Below, piece by piece: positions 20,321-30,800 of a stretch of 64,000 bases of DNA. The stretch lies in assembly GCA_031285625.1 (NCBI GenBank), contig JAITVV010000092.1, forward strand, positions 64,001 to 128,000. Reading direction: 5' to 3'. Numbering within the stretch: the first letter of the stretch is position 1; each line of letters starts with the position of its first letter. This DNA is from Prevotella sp. GTDB taxonomy: Bacteria > Bacteroidota > Bacteroidia > Bacteroidales > Dysgonomonadaceae. The notes beneath the pieces were generated by a model, which was not told where the DNA came from, did no database searches, and saw only the letters and a list, made by a program, of their open reading frames with translations. A program made the position numbers and the translations under genes.

Positions 20321-21298
20321 TTACCTATATGGAAAGGTTATATTATCCATATTTTTTACGTACTCACGCTGTTTACGAAAAAACTCACTCTGCATCAATT
20401 CATTCGAAGAGGTAATAAGGGTCGAATATTTCATAAGGGATTCTAACCATTTCTTTTGCACAGTACATACTTCCTTATTACTAATAAAAATGGGTGGCAT
20501 GGAAACTACCCAGAAAATACAGACTTCTTTAGTATCATATTGTACATAGATAGTATTGGTATCAATTTCAAGTGATGAAAGATAATAACTGATTTTTCCC
20601 TCTTCATTAAATTTACCATCCTGAACCAATTTCTCAATAATATCAATCATCTTATACAAATCTTCTTTTAGAACAGCCTTTTCCTCATCTGTAATAAGCT
20701 TCCTGATATAATAATATTGAATTTCTTTTATCAAATTTAAAAAGATACTTGGTCCCATTACCGAAATAACATTCCGGCTTGTCTTGATGTCTGATATAAG
20801 TTGTTCCTTTAAAGAAAGAATTTCGGATGGCACTATAACATCTGAATACATCCTGTTAGAAGGGATATCGGCACCCTGATGTAACCATTTGAAATATCTG
20901 AATTTAAAGAGATGGTCACATTTCACGAGAAATATCGGAGGCAGGTGATTCCATGCATTGATCGTTTCTGTATCCCCAGATACGGCTACCTCATTGAGAT
21001 GCTCTTTGACTAACTTCAATATATTTAAAAAAGTATCTGAATATGACGTTGTACTATTTGCTAATAATTCGAAAGAAGCTATCCCACCATCTTCTGAAAT
21101 GAGCTCATCAACAGAAAAACCTAATTCATGGGATAATTTAATTATCTCATCAAAAGAGAAAGAAACCTCCCCCTTCATTCTTCTATACACTGACTCATTG
21201 CTTATATCTAACAAATCTACTAAATATTGAACTGGCTTCAGTTCTTTTGGGATATGATCCAATAATTTTTGAATAATATCACTTTTGGATTGTGGCAT
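20321..21298 (-). CDS. HTH (BetR-like N-terminal) putative transcriptional regulator, paralog 1
   Basis: LDISNESVYRRMKGEVSFSFDEIIKLS HTH; shares FRYFKW and KYSTLIT..NE with the two adjacent genes. Confidence 0.75.
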   Translation of the reverse strand: MPQSKSDIIQKLLDHIPKELKPVQYLVDLLDISNESVYRRMKGEVSFSFDEIIKLSHELGFSVDELISEDGGIASFELLANSTTSYSDTFLNILKLVKEHLNEVAVSGDTETINAWNHLPPIFLVKCDHLFKFRYFKWLHQGADIPSNRMYSDVIVPSEILSLKEQLISDIKTSRNVISVMGPSIFLNLIKEIQYYYIRKLITDEEKAVLKEDLYKMIDIIEKLVQDGKFNEEGKISYYLSSLEIDTNTIYVQYDTKEVCIFWVVSMPPIFISNKEVCTVQKKWLESLMKYSTLITSSNELMQSEFFRKQREYVKNMDNITFPYR

Positions 21299-21442
21299 AT
21301 TGTATTTTTATTTCCATATATAAACAATCTTTGTTGGGTATAGTTTTCACTCGAAAGCCCTCAATTAGACTACAAAATAATAAAAATCTCTTTTACAGCT
21401 AATTGCCACAAATCTTAAATTACTAAATAATAAGAGATAAGA

Positions 21443-22411
21443 TCAAAAATTACCAAATTTTATATTTTCAATACATTCCCTTTGTCTATCAAAATACTCC
21501 TCTTGTACTATCTCATTTGACTGTGTAATTAATACAGAATATCTTTTTAATGACTCCAACCATTCATGGTGAGCATCACAGATTTCGGGATTAGATATAA
21601 TTATTGTATTAAACTGATGAAAATTAAATGAGGAAATTATATTATCATCCCATTTGAGATAAGTACTATTACCGTCGAGATTAAATTCGGAAAGATAATA
21701 ATAATGCTCGGTTCCTGGATTTGCTTCTCCGGTTCTTACTATTATTTCTATATCATCTATCAAATCATGAAAACTTTTCCTTATACCTTCAAGCTCACTA
21801 TCACTTATCAACCCCAGTTTATAAAAATAATATACTTCCCTTAAAGGACTCTTAAATACATTCATATCCAGAATAAAAGTAATCTTTTTCTGACTCCGTA
21901 CCTTCATATCCAATTCTGCACACAATCTTTGTAGTTCATCTGATATGATTATATCAGAATAATACAACTTTGGTAATTCCTTATATTTCCTATGCATCCA
22001 TGTATAGTAATAAAAGCGGAAAAGCTCTTCAAAATGCAGGCAAAATATTACAGGTAAATAATTCAAAGCCATTGTAATAGTTGAACCCCTACTATTCATC
22101 TGATTATCAACATACTTTGTCAGCTTTTGTATTTTTAAAAGAAATGCATGTTGCGGATCCTTATTAATCTGCAAATTCAGACCTATCATATTAAAACTTT
22201 TATTACCGGCCAATTCATCTATAGAGAATTCTAGTTTTTGCGATAGCTTTACAATTTCTTCAAAAGTAAAAGCCATCTCTCCCCTCAACCGTCTGTATGC
22301 AGATTCTTTGGCAATATCAAGAGTAGCAGAAAGAAAATCTACAGGCTTTATATGTAAAGGTATTTCGCTGATTATCTTATTTATTATTTTTTTCCTAAAA
22401 GCTTCATTCAT
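21443..22411 (-). CDS. HTH (BetR-like) putative transcriptional regulator, paralog 2
   Basis: LDIAKESAYRRLRGEMAFTFEEIVKLS; FRFYYYTW; KRYSVLITQSNE. Confidence 0.75.
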   Translation of the reverse strand: MNEAFRKKIINKIISEIPLHIKPVDFLSATLDIAKESAYRRLRGEMAFTFEEIVKLSQKLEFSIDELAGNKSFNMIGLNLQINKDPQHAFLLKIQKLTKYVDNQMNSRGSTITMALNYLPVIFCLHFEELFRFYYYTWMHRKYKELPKLYYSDIIISDELQRLCAELDMKVRSQKKITFILDMNVFKSPLREVYYFYKLGLISDSELEGIRKSFHDLIDDIEIIVRTGEANPGTEHYYYLSEFNLDGNSTYLKWDDNIISSFNFHQFNTIIISNPEICDAHHEWLESLKRYSVLITQSNEIVQEEYFDRQRECIENIKFGNF

Positions 22412-23399
22412 AAGAGAAATTCTTATTTTTAATGTTGTCTACATAGCTTCTTTGCTGATCGAGAAATGCAGTTTGTAACGGTTCGTTACAACCTGTAATC
22501 AGGCTGGAATATTTCTTAAAGGAAACAAGCCAGGCTTTATATGTTTTACAGACTTCCCGATCTTTAGATGCTATATGTGTCCCCGAATATATCCAGAAAT
22601 GGCACTCTTCCTGATCTCCATATCTGGCATACAAGCCTGATGACTCTATCCTGAATGAAGGGATATAGATCTGACTGTTAAAATTAGGTGATTTGATTTT
22701 TTCTTTGACCATTCCCTCCAGCATATCTACAAAACTTGAGAAATCCTGTTGTATTAAAAGTAATTCTTCGTCCGAAATAAGCTTCCGTTTATAATAATAT
22801 TGAACTTCAAGAAGAGTATTTTTTATAAAATTTTGGTCTAATATATATATATTATTTCCCACAAAAACTCCATTTGATTTGATATTATCTCTTAATATTG
22901 ATATTTTTTCGGGTATTTCTATGTCTGACAGCCTAAACTTAAGCGGCATTAAATGAAATTGTTGCACCCATTTATAATAATAAAATCTGAATAAATGGTC
23001 GAGATGTATTGTGGAGAAAATCATCAGATGGTTTACTGCAATTATTACTTCAGTTTCCTTATAAACCAAGTTTGCCAGGCTATTATCATACATTGAAAAA
23101 ATTTCAAAGAATAATTGCTCCGGATCAAATATACTATTACTTCTATACTCAAATAAAGACAGTTTTGAATTCAAGTTCTTTTCTTTTGAAGAGTGTATAA
23201 TCTCATCCAGCGAAATTGATAAGTCTGTTGCTAATATATAAATATCTTGTAATGTAAATGGAACTTCATCTCTAATCCTACGATAAATAGATTCTTTACT
23301 CAAATTTAATGCACTAGCAAGGTAGTTAATTGGGCTTATATAAGGAGGAATCTTAGATAATACTGTATCTATTATCATTTTATTGAATAAGTGTGTCAT
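22404..23399 (-). CDS. HTH (BetR-like) putative transcriptional regulator, paralog 3
   Basis: LNLSKESIYRRIRDEVPFTLQDIYILA; FRFYYYKW; KKYSSLITGCNE; TAGTTTTG promoter element at 23424-23431 (minus). Confidence 0.75.
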   Translation of the reverse strand: MTHLFNKMIIDTVLSKIPPYISPINYLASALNLSKESIYRRIRDEVPFTLQDIYILATDLSISLDEIIHSSKEKNLNSKLSLFEYRSNSIFDPEQLFFEIFSMYDNSLANLVYKETEVIIAVNHLMIFSTIHLDHLFRFYYYKWVQQFHLMPLKFRLSDIEIPEKISILRDNIKSNGVFVGNNIYILDQNFIKNTLLEVQYYYKRKLISDEELLLIQQDFSSFVDMLEGMVKEKIKSPNFNSQIYIPSFRIESSGLYARYGDQEECHFWIYSGTHIASKDREVCKTYKAWLVSFKKYSSLITGCNEPLQTAFLDQQRSYVDNIKNKNFSYE

Positions 23400-24167
23400 T
23401 AGTTTTTGCTTTTGTCTTAGTCACAAAACTACTTATTAATTTTATATATTAAGAAAAAGTAGATAATGTGCTAATTCACAACAAATTCACGAGTCCACAC
23501 TCAACTTTTCAAAGAAATAAACCAACTAATTTGAAAAAAAAACTTTTTTTTTAAAGAATAATGAAAAAATATTGTGGGCATAAAAGCAACATTTCAATTT
23601 TTTGAAAAATAAAATTTATATTATGTCAGATTATTGAAACAAATATTTTCATCTGTCATTTTTTATATCTAATTCCTAATTTATTAGTAGTTATTTTGCT
23701 TCACGAAATGATAAGGTATTATAATAAGCAAACATTTTAATAGTAAAGATAGTTCACAAATATTTATCCTATTTAAACTTTAACACCCTTTTATTGAAGA
23801 CAACAGGAGGCTAAAGGTAAAACTTGAATAATATCCACAAAACTTCAACAATAGTACAAGCTATATTCCAATTTCAAGTAATATACATAGTGAAGTATAA
23901 TGGGAATAAAGAAGACAATTCCAGTTAGGACTACTATTATTTTGACCAATTAATTTTTATTTTTTATTAAACATAAGTATATATAAATGAATTCAATGTC
24001 TCAAAGATATGGCGTATCAAAAGTTGTCTTCAATTGTCTGTCTTAAATGTCTCAAATTGTTGCTTGCGAAAGTAATAAAGAGGATATCTGAGAGGCATTG
24101 AATTATTTTAAACGGAAAAGAATAAAGCAAAAACATTATCCAAGGCAAACTAATAAATTAATTAATT

Positions 24168-24944
24168 ATGATCACAAAACTTGCAACCTTTTTATCAATT
24201 ACACTGTTAACGATAGGAGTTACAGGACTAAGAGCCCAAGTTACAATTGGTTCTGATCTTGAGCCTGTAAATGCAGCATTACTTGAGCTAAAGAACTTCG
24301 ATGCAACCAATCCGGCAAAAACAACTGACAATGAAAATATTACTTCCGATAAGGGTGGCTTATTATTACCCCGTGTAATACTTGTCAACCGGAAAACTCT
24401 CGAACCTTTTATTAAAACAACAGACCCTTTATGGGTTGATGCTTCCACTTCCAAAATAAAAGAAAAGCATACAGGGCTCACTGTATATAACATAAACGAA
24501 TCGCCCGAAACAGTCACCGAATTGAATAATATATTCCATCAGGGAGTGTATCTGTGGGATGGTGCAAAATGGGTAACAATGGGAGACTCAAATGTCGGAC
24601 AACGATATTTCAACATGCCTGCATTCAATCTGCCGCTAACAAAAATAACCCAGTCGGGAGATACAAAACCCACATACGACCTCTATGCTGAATATAAGAG
24701 ACAGTTCACCAATGATACCAACAATCCTCTTTTCGAAAGCAATAAAGCTACCCTGCCCGGAATTCCTTCACCGGAATGCGGAAAACTATATGAAGCAGGC
24801 GAACTTGATTATGTAGTCACACACTACGATAAAGATGTACTCACAATAAATGGTATAGATGCCAACGGTGTAATGACTTACGAGGTAAAAAGCCTGGATC
24901 CGGGGCCAAACTCATTTGTAAATATCGTATTCGTTATCAAATAA
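24168..24944 (+). CDS. Secreted protein 'A' (QVTIG/LLPRV N-domain + NIVFVIK C-domain)
   Basis: Signal peptide ending AQ; QVTIGS..AALLELK..GGLLLPRV..GLTVYN..GVYLWDG; paralog of 27098-27865. Confidence 0.8.
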   Translation: MITKLATFLSITLLTIGVTGLRAQVTIGSDLEPVNAALLELKNFDATNPAKTTDNENITSDKGGLLLPRVILVNRKTLEPFIKTTDPLWVDASTSKIKEKHTGLTVYNINESPETVTELNNIFHQGVYLWDGAKWVTMGDSNVGQRYFNMPAFNLPLTKITQSGDTKPTYDLYAEYKRQFTNDTNNPLFESNKATLPGIPSPECGKLYEAGELDYVVTHYDKDVLTINGIDANGVMTYEVKSLDPGPNSFVNIVFVIK

Positions 24945-24961
24945 TTAATTGAATAAAAAGC

Positions 24962-27070
24962 ATGAAAAAAATATACATACTAGTTTTCTTATTAATGTAT
25001 GTAAGCATTACACTGTTTGCACAGAAAGAAGCTTATACATGGGCCTTTGGGAATAAGGCAGGACTGGATTTTAATAATCTTCGTTCAGCACCGTTTTCCG
25101 CTACACGCCTTTATCCCTCTGCCGGAACGGTATCCATCCCTAATCTACCAACGGCTATCACAACAAATATCACAACATATGAGGGTTGCTTTGCCCTGTC
25201 AAATGCCGTTACAGGACAGCTAATGTTCTATTCGGACGGAGTAAATGTATTTAGAAGTAACGGATCAATTATGAGTAACGGTACAGGACTGGCCGGACAT
25301 GTATCCTCTACCCAATCCGGTGTTTTGATGCCATTTCCCGGAAATTCAAATAAATATATAGCGTTATCTATCAATTTAATTGCTGCATCAACACAAGTAG
25401 CCTATTCAGTAATTGACATGAGCGATGGAATAGGCAAAGTACTGGACGAAAGCCCTTTCTTAAAAAACACACGACTAACAGGACATCAGGGTATTTTAGG
25501 AGAAAGTGTAAATACTATCCAACACGGAAATAAAAATGACTTCTGGATAATAGCCCCCGGATCGGGAACCAACTCAGCATTTAATGCATGGAAGGTAACC
25601 AAAGAGGGGGTACAAGCATCTACTCCTGTTGTTTCATTATTCCCGGCAGGAGCACTGGAAGCGAGCAGAAATACATATATAAAATTCTCTCCTGACGGAA
25701 AGCATTTCGTATGGTGTAATAATTTCAACTCAACTCCATTCTGGTTTGGGGATTTCGATAATATGACTGGTGAATTTTCCAATATACAGATGGGTATTTC
25801 AAGAAATCAATCAGGAGGAACAATATTGGGTTCATATAGTGCAGAATTTTCTCAGTCAGGCAAATACTTATATGTATCTACAGGGAGTGGGTTAAATGTT
25901 TATGATTATGCTGCCCTGGCTGCTAACCCAAGTACTTATACAGCTACAGTTTACACTATGAATGGAGGTGATGCTACAAGCACAACACAAAACTCTTTAG
26001 CATTAGGGTCCCTGCAATTAGGACCTGACGGGTATATATATGCAACATACTATGATAGGATGAAATCACCTAATGATGATTTAGCAAATTTAACTAATGG
26101 TAGCAGGCGCTATATGATATTGATAACCAATCCGGAAAACCCCACAAACTTAAATATTTACAGGCTCGACAACTTCCTCAATGCCGGTACCGGAGGCCAT
26201 GTTGGTATCACTTCATTTTCTCCTTCATGGTTTACACTTGAGATAAATGGAGAAGCCTCTATCTGTACAAATCCGGCAAGCAATATTACAGAAAGTTATT
26301 CTATCAACCTGGCCGGGACAAGTGCTTCAAGACCGACAGAGCTTCGCTGGTATTTCGATGCTGACAACTCCTCTTCATACACTTCACAGACAGTAAACTC
26401 TACTGATATGACATTAAGTATGGCCGGAAGTTTTCCACCTGTATCTTCTGTTACTACACGCAAAATAGTAGTAAAAGCATATAACGGTTCTACAGAGTTA
26501 GCAGACCTGGAACAATCCCTTACAATTACCTTGTATCCCGCTGCGTCAGTCAGCGCTTCCGATGTCTCTGTCACTTCTGGCAGTACAGCTACATTAACAG
26601 CCACAGCCAGTACCGGAGCTACCATAAGCTGGTATGATTCTGCCACAGGTGGCACCCTGTTGGGTACAGGTGCTACCTATACGACCGGAGCAATCAGCAG
26701 CGAAAGGTCATTCTATGTAGAGGCTGCAAATCCTGCATGTTCATCAGGAAGGCAAGAAGTAAAGGTTACGATCAGAATAGCACAACCAACAATTGATGTT
26801 TCTGATCCGGCTACTATCTGTGCAGGCAGCACAGCCACACTAATAGCTACAGTCAGTGCCGGAGCCAATGCCTACTGGTTCTTAACGCCAACCGGTGATT
26901 CTCCTGTAATGATAGGCACATCGGTGACTACTCCTGTCCTCGATTATACGACTACATACTATGTAGAAGCACAGAATTCAGGAAATGTGCCATCGGAACG
27001 CAAAGCAGTAAAAGTTGTAGTAAACCCGTGTACACTTCCGGTAAACCCGAATATACACCTCATTAATTAA
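24962..27070 (+). CDS. Secreted beta-propeller + Ig-like (two CHU/Ig_7-type) protein 'B'
   Basis: Signal peptide; WAFGNKAGLDF, YEGCFALS, SSTQSG, KFSPDGK, LQLGPDG; ATLTA..ISWYDSATGG..FYVEA repeats; ends CTLPVNPNIHLIN. Confidence 0.8.
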   Translation: MKKIYILVFLLMYVSITLFAQKEAYTWAFGNKAGLDFNNLRSAPFSATRLYPSAGTVSIPNLPTAITTNITTYEGCFALSNAVTGQLMFYSDGVNVFRSNGSIMSNGTGLAGHVSSTQSGVLMPFPGNSNKYIALSINLIAASTQVAYSVIDMSDGIGKVLDESPFLKNTRLTGHQGILGESVNTIQHGNKNDFWIIAPGSGTNSAFNAWKVTKEGVQASTPVVSLFPAGALEASRNTYIKFSPDGKHFVWCNNFNSTPFWFGDFDNMTGEFSNIQMGISRNQSGGTILGSYSAEFSQSGKYLYVSTGSGLNVYDYAALAANPSTYTATVYTMNGGDATSTTQNSLALGSLQLGPDGYIYATYYDRMKSPNDDLANLTNGSRRYMILITNPENPTNLNIYRLDNFLNAGTGGHVGITSFSPSWFTLEINGEASICTNPASNITESYSINLAGTSASRPTELRWYFDADNSSSYTSQTVNSTDMTLSMAGSFPPVSSVTTRKIVVKAYNGSTELADLEQSLTITLYPAASVSASDVSVTSGSTATLTATASTGATISWYDSATGGTLLGTGATYTTGAISSERSFYVEAANPACSSGRQEVKVTIRIAQPTIDVSDPATICAGSTATLIATVSAGANAYWFLTPTGDSPVMIGTSVTTPVLDYTTTYYVEAQNSGNVPSERKAVKVVVNPCTLPVNPNIHLIN

Positions 27071-27097
27071 CAGAACAATACCTAAACATATTAAATT

Positions 27098-27865
27098 ATG
27101 AAAAATTTAAAACTGAAAATCAAAACTACATTTACATTATTGGCTATCATTGCATGTTCTTATCAGGCACATGCACAAGTAACTGTAGGTTCAAATAATC
27201 CCCCTGCAAAAGCGGCATTACTTGAAATAAAAAATATAGAACCAAATGATCCGGCCTCACCTACCGATGCTAATAATATCACAGTAAATGATAAAGGCGG
27301 AGGACTGGGACTACCCCGGGTCAAGCTTGTAAATATAAATACATTGCAGCCATTCATTCCTACCGGAACAGACTGGACAAATAATACGGACAAAGTAAAG
27401 GAAAAACATGCCGGACTAATGGTGTATAATATATATGTATCACCAGATGGAGAAGATGCAGATAAAACTTTCTCACAGGGAATATATGTATGGGATGGAG
27501 CAAAATGGAAAAAAATGATGGATGGTACAGCACAGCGTTATTTTTACATGCCATCGTTTACCATCAAGCTTGTTGAGAATAATAATCCCCAAACGTGTGA
27601 TTTGTATGCCGAATATAAAAAACAGTTCACAAACGACAGCAACAATCCGTTGTTTGTAAGCAGCAATGCAAGTCTTACCAGAATACCATCTCCGGAAAAA
27701 CAGCGGTTATATGCAAAAGATGAACTTGACTATGCCATTACTTACTATGATACGAATATCATTAATAATGTAAGCATAGATGAAGACGGTGTCATGACCT
27801 ACGATGTAGTATCTGTGAATACAAATTCCAATTCGTTTGTAAATATTGTATTCATTGTAAAGTGA
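27098..27865 (+). CDS. Secreted protein A' (paralog of 24168-24944)
   Basis: QVTVGS..AALLEIK..GLGLPRV..WDGAKW..QRYFYMP..DLYAEYKKQFTND..NSFVNIVFIVK. Confidence 0.8.
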   Translation: MKNLKLKIKTTFTLLAIIACSYQAHAQVTVGSNNPPAKAALLEIKNIEPNDPASPTDANNITVNDKGGGLGLPRVKLVNINTLQPFIPTGTDWTNNTDKVKEKHAGLMVYNIYVSPDGEDADKTFSQGIYVWDGAKWKKMMDGTAQRYFYMPSFTIKLVENNNPQTCDLYAEYKKQFTNDSNNPLFVSSNASLTRIPSPEKQRLYAKDELDYAITYYDTNIINNVSIDEDGVMTYDVVSVNTNSNSFVNIVFIVK

Positions 27866-27872
27866 TAAAAAT

Positions 27873-30800
27873 ATGAAAAAACTATATATATTATTATTGT
27901 TGCTATCCTTGGCAGGCATACAAAATATGTTTGCCCAGAGAGAAGTAAACAATTGGTTCTTCGGAAAGAACGCAGGGCTCACATGGAACACTATACAGGA
28001 TTTCAGTGCCACAGGGCTATTCGGAACGCCCAACACTACACTAAAGAGAATACCCACCGAACTGACAGGTTCACCTATGAACACACACGAAGGTTGTTTC
28101 ACCCTATCCGATTCGGATGGGCGTTTATTAGCCTTTTCGGATGGTATAACCCTTTACAATAGGAATTATGAAGTAATTACCAGTGGTCTGGGGGGGCATG
28201 CATCATCAGCTCAGTCCGGCATTATAATACCTTATCCCGGACATCTTAACAAAGCTGTTGTAATTTCACTAGGAGCCGAAGGGGCTAATAACTTAGGCTT
28301 CAACATCCTGAATATGTCACTCAATAACGGTTTAGGTGGAATGGAAGGAACCAGGGTGCTATTTACAGGAATACCGGCAGGAAGTAAAACTAGTGAAAAC
28401 GTAACATCTGTACGGCATGCCAATAAAAAAGACTATTGGATTGTAGCCACATCAAAAATCACATCAGGCAAGACTTACCTGAATGCATGGCTGGTAACCT
28501 CATCCGGAGTACAATCCGGTAATGCTGTTACATATGAAATTCCCGGATTAACAACAAATGCCGAAAGCTCCCAGGGATATCTGAAATTTTCGCCCGATGG
28601 TAAGCATTTTGCATGGGGCACATGGGAAGGAAAGCTTGTATATGGAGACTTTAACAGTTCCACAGGAGCATTCAGTAATGCCAGATATATAGATACAAAT
28701 TATACAAGGGATTTTTATGGAGTAGAATTCTCCTTGTCAGGCAAATACCTGTACACTACCGGAAGTGAGCAGTACAGCCCCCAGATAAATGGGATTAAGG
28801 TCTGGGATTTTGATGAATTACTTGCTACGGCTTCACCTACCCCGGCACTTGCGAAAAAAAATTTCCATTTCGATGAATATACTCAGCTGGGAGCTTTGCA
28901 GATGGCACCAGACGGACGCATATACATCCCGGCAAACATTTTTCAACCATGTATATTTGTGATCGACAATCCGGAAGAAGATCCGAATTCTCTCAGACTA
29001 TATAAACTGGATAACTTATTCTCTGCGGGTGCTTATCCAAACATAGGGCTTCCTTCATTTGTAGCATCCTGGTTCAGCACCAATATTATCGGCACGAATG
29101 AATTCTGTATGGATACAGATCAATATTTCGAATACAGGGGTAAGATAGACAACATATATATAAATACTCTAAAAAATACGGTCTGGGACTATGGAGATGG
29201 GATAACAGAAACAAAACCGTTGATTATATCCGGTTCTAATGTATTCTTTGCCTCAACTACTCATCGCTACAAAAACAGGGGAGAGTATACTATCCTGGTA
29301 AAAGTATTAGATACCGATGACGATGAGATAAGGGATTTGGAGCAAACACTACATATCAAAGTCAATAGCTGTGCAATCCCTGTGAATCATATAACCACTC
29401 ATCTGAATAATACTGCATCCAGACCGGGATGTACACTGCCTGCTCCTCCTACAATTACATTTAATCCAAGCCCGGTCAATATAACAGAAGGGGATACATT
29501 CACAGCAACTATAACATCTAAAGCCGGAGAAACTTATGCATGGTCAATTTCGAACTCTGTCACTAACGGATTATCGATCGAAGGTACAACCAAAGGAAAC
29601 TCTATTACAATAAGAAGTTCCATTGCCGGAACATTCAATGCAAATAATATAAAAGTGACTGCGACCAACTCCTGCGGTTCTACAAATGGGTATGGCAGCG
29701 GTAATATCGTTGTAAACGGAGCATGTCTGGTACCGGTAACTCCGGTTATTGTTCTCAATCCTAGCCCTACGAAAGTAAACAGGAACGAAACATTCACAGC
29801 CAGCATATCATCTCCTGAAAGCGGAGTATCCTATAGTTGGAGTATCTCAGACGCTACTAATAACGGACTAACAATCCCTGGCACTATTACAGGAAATTCG
29901 ATTACCATAAAAGCGACAAAGAGCGGTTCATTCGATGCCAGTGCGATTAATGTTATAGCCACCAACAGTTGCGGTAACACACCGGGACTAGGCTCAGGGA
30001 CTATCACAGTTAATAACTGTGAAGCCGCTCCTGACCCAACTATAGCATTCAGTCCAAGCCCTGTCGTTATTAATCAGAATGGTACATTCACAGCTACTGT
30101 ATCGGTATCAGACCCTACCGGAGTAACCTATAAATGGGCTATTTCACCGGCCGGACAAGCGCAGGGATTATCTATCGACGCTTCTACACCGGACACAGGT
30201 ACTTTCATTACAATAAAAGGGGCCACAGTAGGAACAATCGATGCAAATGTGATTTCCGTTACTGCAACAAATCAATGTGGAACAGGAACAGCTACAGGTA
30301 GTGGAAATATTACAGTAAACGACTGTTCACCTGTAAGCAGGACTATTACCTTCACTCCTAGCCCGGTAGTCATTGATATTAATAATACATTTATTGCAAG
30401 CATATCTGTTTTACCTGGTGAAACAGTCTTATGGTCAACTGGCAATTCTGCAACTAATGGCTTATTAATACAAGGTAGCAATAATGCCTCTTATGTAACT
30501 ATCAAAGGAACTAAGTCCGGCTCATTCAATGCCAGCGATATAAAGGCAACTATAACCAACTCATGTGGTTATACGGAAGTAATGGGTACAGGTACTATAA
30601 CTGTCAACAATTGTGTAGTTCCTAATCCGACTATTACATTCAGTCCTAGCCCTGTAGTAATTGAGAGCAACAATAATTTTACAGCTACTGCATCGGTATC
30701 AGACCCTACAGGTGTTACTTATAAATGGACTATTTCCACCGAAGGTATATCCAAGGGATTATCTATAGTAGGCTCAGATACACAAGCCTCTGTTGCAATA

